A DNA stretch of 64,000 nucleotides from Camelus ferus (lineage: Eukaryota): contig NC_045697.1 in assembly GCF_009834535.1 (NCBI RefSeq), positions 30,444,001 through 30,508,000 of the forward strand. Direction: 5' to 3'. The translations under genes were made by a program, and so were the position numbers. The first letter of the stretch is position 1, and each line of letters opens with the position of its first letter. Under the pieces are notes generated by a model that saw only the letters and a program-made list of their open reading frames with translations, had not been told where the DNA came from and did no database searches. This document shows, one piece after another, positions 27,000 to 39,860 of the stretch.

Positions 27000-28781
27000 C
27001 ACATATTTATTGTGTTTCCTGTGATTAGAAACTCCTTGAGGACAGGGACTTTTGTCTATCCTGCACCTTGAGTTTGTAGCATCTGAAATGGCACCTTGCT
27101 CAGAGTAGAGGCTCAATGAACATTTGTTGGATGAATGAATGACTTTTGGAGTCTCTGGTGTAGCAAAAATGAGAGCTGAGACTGCCTGGACCAGTGTGGC
27201 ATAGTTTTGATGGAATGAGGTAGATAAATGCAGAATATATTCAGGAAGGTTTCCAGGACTTTTTGAAATAGATTCAGCCTTTTAAACTGTAGAAAAGGAC
27301 AGTCATCTTTGATCTAATTACTATTTTTCTCACTAATAGGATTCTATATTCATTAGGACTCTTTCAGTACCAAGTGACAGAAACCCAATGCAAATGGATT
27401 AAATAAAGATGTTTATGGCTCACAAGACCCTGAAAACTGGAGGTATATCTGGTATAGCGCAGGGATGAGAGCTCATACGGTGTTATTAGGAACCTACCTC
27501 TCTCCATTTCTCGCCTGCAGTTTTTTTGTGTATTGATTCATTCTCTGGCAGCCTCTTGCTTTGTGGTGTTCATGTGACCACCAGCAGCTGTCACCTGTGT
27601 GAAAAGAGAGCACCTCTTTCCCTTCAGCTCCAAGACAATACCAGCATTGACTATTATTGTCTAATTGGGTCATGATAATGGATTCGTTTATTTGTTTGTT
27701 GGTCCTTCCAATGTTATGATGTTGGGACTATTTCCCTTAAAGTGACGAGAACTAGAGAACAAGGAATTGAAGAAATTTCCCCAAAGTCACAAAACAAATC
27801 ATTGAAGAGTTTAACTCAAGTCAAGATTCTGTTTGATCAAAGCAGCAAATATAACTTGTCAAGCTTAGTAAATTTAATCTTTTAGTCTCTATTTTTCACT
27901 TCCCTTCAATTTCTAAAAGAACATTCCTCCCAAGGAGCTGAAAGCACCCTGGAGAGAAGTATGAACTTGAGAAATATATGAGAATAAAGTTGGCCATTAA
28001 AGCCAGGAGGGAAGAAAAGAGGAACAAGTCATTAAGAGAAAGTTGATGAGATGTAGTTACGTTAAGTTGAACTGTGGTGTTTTCGTTTCCAGGTAGAGTT
28101 TTCAGTCTCCACCATCAAGATCAATTTCCATTCTGCCCTCTCTTAATTTCTTTATATGAGTACTGTATTGCAACAGGAAACCATCAGTTCCTAACGGTAA
28201 TTAGTGTTTAAGCCAGCGTTTTATTCCACGGTGCCACAAGAGGACCAGCTTCCATGGAGAAGGTTCGAAATGAGCCAGTGAAATACAATCTTTAATACTG
28301 GCAACTTAAGGGTTTGCAACATCACGTATTGTACACTTTACAGGATTTTTTACAAATTAATTCATGCCATATGTCCCCAACCAAAAAAGCAACTGGATTT
28401 GTCTTGGTTGCCTGGAGTATTTCATGATTTACTAACAAAATTCTCTAAGTACTTACTTTTGAAAACCAATAGAAATATGTTTCTACTGATCAAATTGTAA
28501 TAACTTTACTGCTGACTTCTGTAATGTCCAAGCAGCTAGGCTTTTTGTGTCAGTTTTCTAGACTAGGAAAGAGGAATGTTTTGTTTTGTTTTGTTTTTTG
28601 TCCTCTTCTTTTGTCTTCAAAAAGCAGCTGGTAATAAACTTCATGTGTCACATGAGTATCAGCAAGAATCCTTTAACTTATTGTTTTCAGGTTAGTCAAA
28701 CTTCTAGGTCTTTCCCTGCCCCTGCAGGCAGCTTCAAAGGTGAGCGATTACAGAATCATAGGCTTTGCTTTTCTGTAAGGG

Positions 28782-29115
28782 ATATATTAGTTTCCTAGGA
28801 CTTCATACCAGGGTACTGCAAACTAGTGGCTTAAACCACAGAAATTCATTGTCTTACAGTTCTGGAGGCTAGAAGTCCAGGATCAAGATATCAGCTGGAT
28901 TGGTTTCCTTCTGAATGGCTGTGAGGAAGACTCTGTCCCATGATTCTCCCCTAGCTGGTGGCTGGCTTGCTAGCAGTCTCTGGCGTTCCTTGGCTTGCAG
29001 AAGCATCGCCCCCATCTCTGCCTTCATTGTCCTATGGCCTTCTCCCTGTGTGCCTGTCTGTGTCCAAATTTCTGTTTGTGGTACTCTCTGACTGCAGCTC
29101 TAGCAAACTAATACA
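28782..29115 (-). mobile_element. MaLR LTR (MLT1-type)
   Basis: atattagtttcctagg...gtggcttaaaccacagaaattcattgtcttacagttctggaggctagaagtcc. Confidence 0.8.
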
Positions 29116-31129
29116 TTTGCCATATAGGTGGATTATATGATAATCTCTAGTAACCAAAATGACAGAAAGGTCAAATGTTTGATTTTTTTTTTCAAAACAA
29201 GTCTACCAGAACTTGTCTGACTTAATATACATCAACAGAAGGCTTAATTACACACAGCCAACATGCACACTTGGGCACAAACAATGGTTTCCTGCCAGGC
29301 TACAGATCACAAGGCCAATGTGAAAGTGATGTTAAGAACAGAGACCTTTGTTCATTCCCATCATGCCCCATAGATGCCCAGTATGCTTTAATGAATTCAA
29401 GCACATCCCAGGAAATGCTGAAGGAGAATAACACAGGGAAAAAACCTCTATGCCTTCTCCACTCCCAAAGGCATGGTCAGAGAACAAGTTGAATCAAACA
29501 TAAAAAATTATTAAAAGCACATATAAATGTATTTTTAGTCAGCCAATCTTAACCTTGGCTGACTCAACCTTGGTTGGGAGAATTTTGAAAAATACAGTTG
29601 CCCAGATCTTTCTTTAGACCCATTAAAAGAATGGAATGGGACTTTTGCTTTGTTGGTTTAAGAAACTCTTGGTATGGTTTGAATATACAGCTATCTTGAG
29701 ACCCACTGATTGAAGCAATGGCAATGTTACTAGAATGAAACACATCATGGCATCAAGGTAACCACATGGAAGATCAGTACACATTGGGATAAGTGGGTGT
29801 TAAAAAAAAAAAAGGAAAGAAATGGGTTGAATGCAGAAGATGATTGAGACTAGCAAGATAACAGGTTTATTGGGTGCAGAAGAAACTCAGTCCTTTGTAA
29901 GAGGGGAAAATACATTCAACTCAGACAGTCACGACCTCTGTGAGAGGTCAAGACAGTGATTTAAACTTTTAGTCTTTTATATTATGACTCTTTTGGTGCA
30001 AGAGACAGAAATCCAACTCAGGCCAGATTAAGCACAAAGGGAAATTTATTGGTTTCTTCAACTCAGAAGGATGCTACGATATCTCCCAGGAAGGGTGACA
30101 GGACTGCAGGAATTAGTCTTTGAGATTAGGAAAAGGGGCTCACTGATACCAGAATTTTCTCTCTCTCCATCTAACTCTCATCTCTCCATGTTGCATGATA
30201 GATGGCCTCCCATAGACACAAAGTGTCATCTTCCCAGCTTAAAATCCACAACAGAAAGGCAGCTGTCACATGCCATCCTTGGACCAATCTTCAGTGCTTG
30301 AGACAGAGGGTTCTGTTATGGGCTAGTCCTTGGTCCTGCACATGGGGGAGTGCTTCCCAGAAGAAGGGATGCTGGCTAGGCAAAAGCAACTGTTCTCTAC
30401 TGCATCTTTGAGAGGGAATTAATAGCTACTCTTTCAACCTTTAAAAAAGCCATTTTTGTGGATAAGAATGCTCCTTAAATCAAGGAAAAAGCCTTCTTTG
30501 TAAATGTAAGGGAAAAATGAAATGACAAAGGAAGACAATCTTGAATGTCAAAAGTGAGAGTCAAATGGTTTCATGCTTAGCTACCTCTCCTTTCCAGTTG
30601 GTGAAATTTAGGAGGATTGATCTGGACTTGACAGATACACCTGTGCAAACAATGACTTGACTTGCTCTCGACACACTCTGCTCTGTAAAGCAGGTAATGC
30701 ATTTTCTGTAATATGCATGACAACACTGTTACTTAGGTTATTTTACCTTTAATGAAAAATCGTAGCGGCTTTGCTTTGTTTTTCTCTCCCAGTGGGACTC
30801 CTAGCTTTCCAAGAAAGGTCATCTATGAATTCAGATGGTAAGAACAGACCTATGGGTGTGACCCCCCCACCTTGGGGAGTCCTCTTGAACCTGGGGGGCA
30901 TATGTTTACAGCCTACTGAAACTATCATAGGTGTTTCAGATTTCCAAGAACACAGATGTGGTTTCAAGAATATAGATTTATTTTTCTATGGAGTAAAGTT
31001 GAAAGAGATCCTGTTTTTTCCTTTAGACACTTGTAAGCTGCTCCTTGTCCCAGGTGTCTCATTTTTGCCAGTAGAAGGGTGGCACGAGGTTATTCTGAAT
31101 AAAAGTCTGGGCGGTACAGTGTGGGGATA

Positions 31130-31370
31130 GAAGTTAGGAGTGTGAGCTTGGGAACCAGTCGCTTGGGTTTCTGTTAGCTCTTCCTTTTACCAGCCATGTG
31201 TCCTTGCACCAGTTACTTAACCCTCAGTGCCTCAGTTTGCCCATCTATAAAACGGGAATAATAATAGTGCCCACGTGGCAGCATTGTTCCGAGGATGGAC
31301 AGAATCAGTACGAGGCACATAAACAGAGCCTGGCACACAGAAGGCACTCAGGAGAGATTAGCTCTTCGCA
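31130..31370. mobile_element. MIR SINE
   Basis: agttacttaaccctcagtgcctcagtttgcccatctataaaacgggaataataatagt. Confidence 0.75.
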
Positions 31371-34243
31371 TGGTCTTCATCATCATTAGGTACAGTCAAG
31401 TGAAGTCTTTGGGTGTATCTTAATCCCAGAGGAACAACTGCCCAGAAGAGGGATCTGGGAAGCTTATGCTCCTCTGCTGGCCTCTTCCTAAGCTGTGTAA
31501 AGTGCACACACTATGGAACCAGCATCCCTGGACCCAAACTTAGGCTCTACCACTTAGAACTCTGAGATAAGGGCAGGTTGTGTGACTGTGGGCAGAGTAG
31601 GCACCGTCTGAGTCCTGTGGTCCTCAGTTGTGAAGCTGGGATGATCACACTACACTCCTCCTCCACTGGGCGGGCAGGTCAAGGACGGCGTTTGACAGCT
31701 GCCCCCGGCCTGGGGCCAGCAGGTGAGCGGCCAGCGGCTCGGAAGCCCTCCGTTCTCTCCTTTCCCCTCAGTGCTGAGGTTTCAGTAAATGGAAGACGCC
31801 CTGCAGTGCGCTGTGACTTGTTTTTAACAGTCTCCCGATTTGTTCCTGTCTTGCTCTCAAGTTTTTGCTATTCTGGATTTCAGAAAATATTTCAGTTGCC
31901 AAAATTGGTTGAATGAGCTACTTTTAAAATTAGTCAAGTGATATGAAGTATTGCTTTGCAGAGTGGTTTTAGTAATTTCCCTTCACAGAACTATCCTCTA
32001 AGAGAGTGTTCTGACAAAAGGGGAGGACTTAACAAAATTCACATCTTGAGAACGCCTCTTACCATCCACACCCAGGAAAATTCGTGGCATAGAAATTTCT
32101 TCCCTTCCTAAACCAGAGCGTCACGACAAATCAAGATGTGGATCATCACCAAATAACCTTATGTGGAGGAATACAAAGCTAGACATTTAAAACTTATTAT
32201 TCACTTCAACAGTGAGGTCCTTCCTGGGCTACCAGTTGAGTCCTATCTGGATGGCCTCGGGTTTTAACCTTAGCTGTTTAATTTAAACTCAGTTCAGTAG
32301 CTCATGTTTATGGATAAATGAGCAAAACAGTAAAGATCAAAAGCAAAAAATAAAATTACTGTGGAATTCAATATTTCAGAAGCCAGAGCCGGGTAAATGT
32401 TAGTGAAGTGTGGCGTTTAGAACGAAAGGCTCGCGCTTATGGTAATACGCCTAACGAGGAAATGAGATTGACACAGCAACTCTCTGTTTTTGCTGTCCCC
32501 GGAGGTTAGAGATTATGCAGTGCATGTTTCTGTTTTTAGCTTCTTTGGTGATTCCTATGGTGAGAGACGACACTCTGCATATTTGTCAGGGTTGCACTCC
32601 TGGGAGGTGCTGGGTCTTTGAGGCAGCGCAGGAAACACTGTTCTCTTCGGGGCCTTGAATTCCATCCCTCCCCGCCCTAGTCATCCCGTGACACCCAGGG
32701 CCCCCTCCCCAGGGCTGATTTCTTTATTTATGCTCAGTTGCCAGGGAATTCCACAGAGGAAGCATAAGTCTATTTTAACAGCAGTTGTTGCTGTGAGAAA
32801 TGTTGAAATGGGTGTCTGAATGACAAAACGTTTACATTCTTTATTTGATGTCTCATTGTAATCCTGAGGCCTTTTAACTCCCATTGAAGGTAGCCTTAGA
32901 ACAGGAAACTGTGGAAGACCAGCATGGATTCGAGTGAAGAATAAACTAATTAAGCTCCTTTCGTGACAGAGAAATGTGGGTTTGGATCCAGTGCCTCTTT
33001 GAAAATAGTTTTGGTAGCTGAATCCTTGGGTCGAAGTATCTTCCATAAACCCAGCCCAGGCCAGCTGGAGGAGCGGAGGCCTGCGCGTACTGACATATCG
33101 GGAAGGTTACAGGGGTAATGGATTGGCTCCAGCAGTCAAGACTGTAGCGACTGGAACCAAGGAGTTGGTGCTGGGCGGACTCCTTCCTCCCCATCCACTC
33201 CTTGTCCCTGCTTGTCTTGGCTTCTCTTTGAGAGTCATCCTTACTCTCTCCTACTGAAGATCCATCTGTCCCCATGTCAGAGCACACAGCCGCCCTCAGC
33301 CTCAGCTTGGCATCCAGGCAAAGAGAGTTCCTTTGGTCCAGTGCTTGTATGTGAATCCCAGGCAAGGAAGCAGATTCACTCTACTTTGGGACATATGCCT
33401 GCCCCTCGGACCAGCCAATCTCTGTGGATGGTTATTATGATTGGTTGACCTGGGTCTGATGCTTACTGCTGTAGCCAGGGGCAGAAGGCGTGTTCCCAGG
33501 AGAAGAGGGGTGCAATACTTGTCCCTGGAGTCCAGGACAGTCCATCCCTTGGCTGTCTGCTATACGCACGTATCATACAGTTGTAAAACTGCATTCATTT
33601 ATTGTAATTGCCCCGTGCTCAACCCAAACACACTCACATACTCCCCCTGAAAGAAACAGCCTAACATCACATCCAGTTATTACATCTGTCTCCAAGGGTA
33701 GCATTTCTGGGCAATGCCTTTCCCTCTAGGTCCAGTTCAAGTGTCGCTCTTTATGGTCTGGCAACCTGTGACTAACCATCTCCAAAATATCCAGTATCTA
33801 ACAATGGAGGTGAAAGAATATACATGCAGTAAAAACTCTTAGTTAGAAAAAAGAGAAAATAGCAAAACGCAGCAATCACTGCTCCTTGCCTTTTCCATAT
33901 CCTGCTAGGTAGAGATAGCAAGCAGTCCTTTCCCTAGCAATGAAACCCCTGCAAAGATCCAGTCGCTTGAACTGAAGTAATTGTACTGGCAAGCTTATAA
34001 TCAAATGATAGGATGGGTATGGCACATTAACTTCAGGAGACAGAGAAGACATACTCGATCCCCAACATCCATGCCGTCTTCAAACCAGTCTGTTTATGCT
34101 TGGGATGATGTGCTGGTCATATATTCCAAAACCCAAACCAGGCTTTCTGACCAGTGAGTCAGGATTCAGCGGACAAAACATTAGCTTATCAGGGACTTTC
34201 TTTTTCATGTGAACTATTTGTACTGGGGCTTTTCTACAGTATA

Positions 34244-34372
34244 TTTTTTTAGTGAAGTATAGTTGATTTACAATGTTGTGTTAGTTTCAGGTGCCTGGCA
34301 AAGTGATTCAGTTACATAGACATAGATGTAGACATAGACATAGACATAGACATAGACATAGACACAGACACA

Positions 34373-34414
<42 letters not shown>

Positions 34415-35055
34415 TTCTTCTCAGATTCTTTTCCATTATAAGTTATTACAAGCTACTGAATATAGTTCCCTGTGCTATATAGTAGATCCTTGTCGTTTGT
34501 ATATTTTATATATAGTAGTTTGTATATGTTAATCCCAAACTCCTAATTTATCCCTCCTCACAACCCCTTTCTCCTTTGGTAACTATAGTTTGTTTTTCTA
34601 TGTCTGTCAGTCTGTTTCTGGTTTGTAAATAAGTCCATTTGTATCATTTTTTTTTAGATTCCATATGTAAGTGATATCATATGATATTTGTCTTTCTCTG
34701 TTTGACTTAATTTACTTGATAATCTCTAGGTCCATCCATGTTGCTGCAAATGACATTATTTCATTATTTTTAATGTCTGAGTAGTATTTCATTGTATAAA
34801 TATACCACAACTTCTTTATCCAGTCATCTGTTGATGGACATTTAGGTTGCTTCCATGTCTTGACTATTGTATATAGTGCTGCTGTGAACATTGGGGAGCA
34901 TGTATCTTTTCGAGTTAGAGTTTTCTCTGGATATATGCCCAGGAGTGGGATTGCTGGATCAGATGGAAAGTCTATTTTTAGTTTTTTAAGGAACCTCCGT
35001 ACTGTCCTCCATAGTGGCTACACCAATTTACATTCCCACCAACAGTGTAGGAGGG
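34244..35055 (-). mobile_element. 5'-truncated L1 3' end, relatively young
   Basis: Poly-T then tgaagtatagttgatttacaatgttgtgttagtttcagg...ggtccatccatgttgctgcaaatg...cccaggagtgggattgctggatc...cccaccaacagtgtaggaggg. Confidence 0.9.
34315..34412. repeat. Compound (CATAGA)n(CACAGA)n(CA)n microsatellite inside the L1
   Basis: Seen directly. Confidence 0.95.
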
Positions 35056-36179
35056 AACCTTTCTATGATATATAGTACATACTTCTCTGCGTTTTAAAAA
35101 ATATAAGCAATCTGTGTTCATTGTGAAAAAGAAAAAAATGCAGATGAACAACAAAAACCTCACCCCTAATACCACTATCCAGAGATAGTGACTGTAAACA
35201 CTTGACTTACATTCTTCTGGATGTTCTTTTTTATTATGTGCATGTGTGTCTGTGTGTATGCTTAGCAAAAGTGGAACCATGTCATACAACTTGTCTAAAG
35301 CCTGCTTTTCTCCTCTTGTCTTCCTGAAAGGTGATAGGATGACTCAGGGGAGAGGAGAAAGAATCAGCCTTTTTAAATGCCTGGGTATATGCACGTAGCT
35401 CACTGAATCAGGACTGTGAACCCAGGAACAATGGAAAGAACAGTGGTCCCAGCCCAGGACTCAGCCACTGTGCCCTGGCTGGACCCCACTCTGTCCCCTT
35501 CCTCGTCACTCCTGAGAGTTAGCTTCCCATGGAGGAATCCCTCTCCTCCAGCCTTCCCTTCTCTTTCTTCTCCCTGTGACTGACACCTCTGGTGCTTTCT
35601 GTTTTCAGCTTTGTGGGAAGTTCTTCAGGGACATTTTAATGATTTGTGGGGCCAGTGGGGGAAAGTATATGAAATCATGGCTGTCCTGGAATTTCTAGGA
35701 CCAAAGGTTACCATCAAACATCACAGTAAGTGCCTAGTTCCTGTAGATGGGGCATACTTCAGTCTGGGGCGGTAATCCCTTTCATCAAGACTGAATTTTA
35801 GGATTTGGGTCAGATGCAGTCTTTTTGTTTTTTCCTTTCTTCTCCCCTCAGGTTCCCCTTGGCCACTGTACCGCCAAACATCTGTCTGGACCAAAACTGA
35901 GTTCTGAGTATGGTCCAGAAGCTGTAGACGTGGACAGATGTATATATAACCTGACTTCCTGTGGAGCGGCAACTCTTTACTCCATCCTGTACCACCCTGT
36001 GCTTCTCTGTAATATGTTTAAAATGACAGAGTGGCTGTTTCCTGCATTTTTACAAGATGGCCTCTCAGCCCAGTTTTGAAAATCTCAGTGGGAATATTGA
36101 AGTTGAGTTGGTGGCAGGTAGAAACTCTTCGGAAGTTTGTCTTCATCTTTTTTGGGAACTTCAGGTCCAACACATCCAG

Positions 36180-36778
36180 TGTGTGGCCAGAGGGATGCTT
36201 TTTAAAGGGAAGTCAGGTTGTGTCACTGCTCTGCTCAGATCCACGGCGGTTTCCCCTCTCATTCAGGACAAAGCCCACACAGTGACACAATGCTTGCCCA
36301 GACCCTTATCTGCCCCACCTGTCCCCATCTCTGTTCTCACCCTCCTGTGCTCACCCTACTCCATCCATGCCAGACTTGCTGTTTCTGGGGCATTTGAGAA
36401 GCTGCCCCATTTCAACGCTGGCTGTACCCTTTGCCAGAACTCTTCCCCCCTACATCCACACAACTTGCTGCTTCAGCTTCTTTGAGTCTTTGATCAAATT
36501 CCCTGTTTGAGTAAGGAGGCCCTGAGTGAGGGAGCAGAACCTCACTTCTCAGTGAGACCATCCCCACTGTGCCTCCCCATCCTCCCACTCACTGACCTTC
36601 CGCCTGTGTCCTCTCCAGACTTTATGACTACTTCTTTCTGCCTGCTTCCTTTGTCTGCTGTCTGCCTCCCATCACTGGAGTGGAAACTCCGTGGAGACAG
36701 AGGGTGTTGTACACTGCGGTATCCCCAGCACCCACAACACTGCCAGGCTCAGAACATCTTTGTTGAATGAATGAATTG
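36180..36778 (+). mobile_element. L2 3' fragment
   Basis: Ends ggctcagaacatctttgttgaatgaatgaa. Confidence 0.7.
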
Positions 36779-39349
36779 AAGGCAGTTTCTTTGGAGGCTA
36801 AATGATCATCATCTAGAAACTGCCCCCCTGCTTTTTAAATAAATGCAGATGTCCACTCATTAATGGAATAGATACCTTTTGGTTAAGTTGTCTATACAAT
36901 CTGTTTGCCTCTTGATTTTCATTATGAAATTAAAGATGCATTTCTATAAAAAAAAAACTCTCATGAGATTAAACAAGGATTAGGAAAACTTCCAAGCGCC
37001 ATCATTTCTGGGCATCACTGTCATGCGGTGCTTGCTTGCTGCCTTGGCACTCGCTTACCTGTTCCCGCTCCTTTGTAGCACTTACAGCCCACAGTGCAGT
37101 TCTAATGCCTCTCTCTCTCCAGGGAGAGGGTTTGTTTTTTTTTTTTAATGCTAGGATCCCCTCACTCCATGCATAATGTTCTGAACTTTCCTCTCCTTTC
37201 CTTCTCCTGGGGCCTGATGTGTGATGGTGTTGTGCAAGGTCATCAAGCACAGCATCTTACAGGTGCAAATGAACAACAGCGTCCATTTAGCTTTCCTGTT
37301 CTTCCTGTTTCCTCAGTCGCACTACAGAGTCTCTTGCCCTGAAAACACCTCACCTAACGTATTTCTTGGAGTCCTCCTCAAAGGTGAGCCCCACAGCCTG
37401 AATGTCAGCTGTAGACACCATTTGGTGTCTGCCATGTTCCTTTTCTCTTGCTTTGGCTCTTAGTTGATAATCCAGTGTCAAAGTCATCTCTCGGAGGACT
37501 TTCGTCGTCATCAATGCAGGTGGTGTCCACTGGGGGCTGCTGCTTCTAGACGCTCTCAAGGCAGCCAGCCCTCTGGAGTTTTCACCTCTGAGAAGTAGAA
37601 GAATGACCCAGTGCCAAGGGTTTTCCTGCATTTGGCCCTTTGGGCATTGAAAAGCACTGCTTGGGTTTCTCTTTTTGGATACAGTTCGTTTATTGTCTAC
37701 TTGCAGCTTTGGAGTGATGGTTGACTTGACTTCTACCATTCCTACCAGTGTTTCAAAAATCTTAAGGGCAAATTTTAATCAGAACTCAAATCTAAGATTC
37801 CATGAGCTTCTTGAACCTGTAGGTGCTCCTGCAAGGATGTGAATTATTCCACTGGAGAGATTTGGGAATGAGAGCCTTGAGAGAATGATCCCCATCTTGC
37901 TCTAAGTCTCGCTGCTTTGTTGTCGTGTAGGAGAACCTGTTACCCTAATGAAGCTGGCCCTTGCAAGTATCCATGGTAGTGTCAGCACATGGTTCACGTT
38001 GCGTTCCATTCATTCCTTTATTCACCAGATCCACTGAGCACTTAATCCATGCAAGACGTTGGGGAGATAACAGTGAGCCATACAAACATGGCTCCTGCCC
38101 ACCTGGCGCTCACCTGTGGTCTAGTAAGCGAGATGGATATCATGCAGACAAATGCACACTGGCCACACATGAGTCAAGAGCATTAAAGGAACAGCCCAGG
38201 TTTTCTGAGATTGCATGTGGAGGAAGAAGTGGGACAGCCTGCTGGGTTGTGGGAATGGAGCTCAAGGGCAGCCCCCCTAGGGGTCTGACAGAGAGGAAAG
38301 CTGAGACCTGAAACATGGGTGAAAGTTATTTAGGAGTAAAGAGAAGAGCAAAGTTAGTTTAGGCAGAGAATTTCTTAAGATCAAGGTTTCAGGGACCTAT
38401 AAAATACGTAAAACATTCATTCATCACTAGCAAAATGGCTGAGTGCATCATGTAAACTTCAATTTAAACATGGGTCGTAATAATGTCCAAAAAAACACTT
38501 CTTATTCCCAGTGACTCGGGACACATTTTCTTTGCATCTGCTTCCTGCTCTGTCAAAACCTGTGTCAAGTGAATATTAATAAGAATGCCAGGACTCTTTT
38601 GTTGAACAACTTTTTGGTCTAGTTTTGTTTATTTAAATCATATCCAGAATCTAGTCCTTTGCTTAAGCTGTAGAAACCCGAGGTATGTTTTTCAAAGTGG
38701 TTGTCAGCTTCATGCTTTGGTAGCTGGATCTGGATCTGCTGGATCTGCTCTTGGGAAGCCTCTGAGTGTACGTACAAGGGGAACTCTGGATCCTGAGACA
38801 CAAATGAGGGAAAAAAGGCATTTATAAGAAATTTCAGTACAGAGGCATCAGGTGGAGGGGATGCAGCCTGACGACAAGCATATTTAATGCCCTGTACAAA
38901 GGAATACATGATCTCTGGGAGCTGAACAACCTTTCTGGAAGAGGGCGAGGCAGACGCAGGAAGCCAAGGACTCCCCTATGTGTGGAGCCTTTGGACCTGG
39001 TGGATTTCTTTTGAGACATGGACCCCAACTTTGGTGTATGCCAGGAAGAAATAACCAGCAGCAGCCTTTGCTTTTTGACAGATCCTAAAGCTTGTGAGTA
39101 AAAATAACCTGCATTCATGAGATTCATTTCCACCACTTACAAACCCATCTCTGTTTCTCCTGAATCTAAGCCTGAGACACATAATTTGGATGTCCAAGCA
39201 ACCTGTACTTTTGGGTGTTATGTATGTGATGCCTTCAGTGTCCCTTTTTAATGCCAGTTTCGACAGAGTTCCCATATTTGTTTATAGAACAGTATTGACT
39301 TACACATCACAGTTTAAAACTGCCTCATGAACCATGCGTCAGTGTCTCG

Positions 39350-39860
39350 TTCATTCATTCAGTCAGCACACATTTAATTGAGACACAGGCAATGAATACA
39401 TGTATACGTAAAGAGAAATATGTCAGTAATATAAGTGCTAAGAAGGAAAAATGATGGTGATGGAGAGTGATGGGGTGGGAGGGCGCTGCTGGGTGCAGGG
39501 CAGCAGAGAAGACCTCTGGAGGAGATAACATTGTAGCACAGGCCTGAAAGAAGCCCCACGTGGTTTTGTGGGGGAACAGCATTTTGCACAGAGGGAGCTA
39601 CAGATGCAGAAGAGCTGAGGAGTAGTATGCTTGGCTTGTTCAAGGAATAGTGAGGACAGTAACGGGAGTGGAGTGGGGCAACAGGACCGTGGCGGGGGCG
39701 GGGGGGGGTAGGAAGGAAAATACCTTAGGGCATAATAGTCTGAGAGGTAGTCAGAAGCCAGAGCAAGTTGGGCAAGATACGGACCTCGGGTTTTAATGTC
39801 TGGGTGATGGGCAGCCGTTGGAGGGTCTTGAGCAAGGCCTGACATGATAATCCAATTTAG
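39350..39860 (-). mobile_element. L2 3' fragment
   Basis: tcattcattcagtcagcacacatttaattgag start, then purine-rich body. Confidence 0.65.

Larger units (their letters stand above)
26130..27142 (+). mobile_element. L2 3' fragment interrupted by a Tigger-type MITE
   Basis: Pyrimidine-rich L2 body; terminus ctcaatgaacatttgttggatgaatgaatga. Confidence 0.7.

Noticed and set aside
26622..27116. Repetitive ORFs (KMAAQD, KWLL, QNGCS units) and a superficially CRISPR-like array
   Set aside because: Products of the minisatellite. The 'spacers' are related to each other and only ~14 nt, the context is mammalian, and there are no cas genes.
34291..34482. His/Arg-repeat ORF
   Set aside because: Translation of a microsatellite inside an L1.
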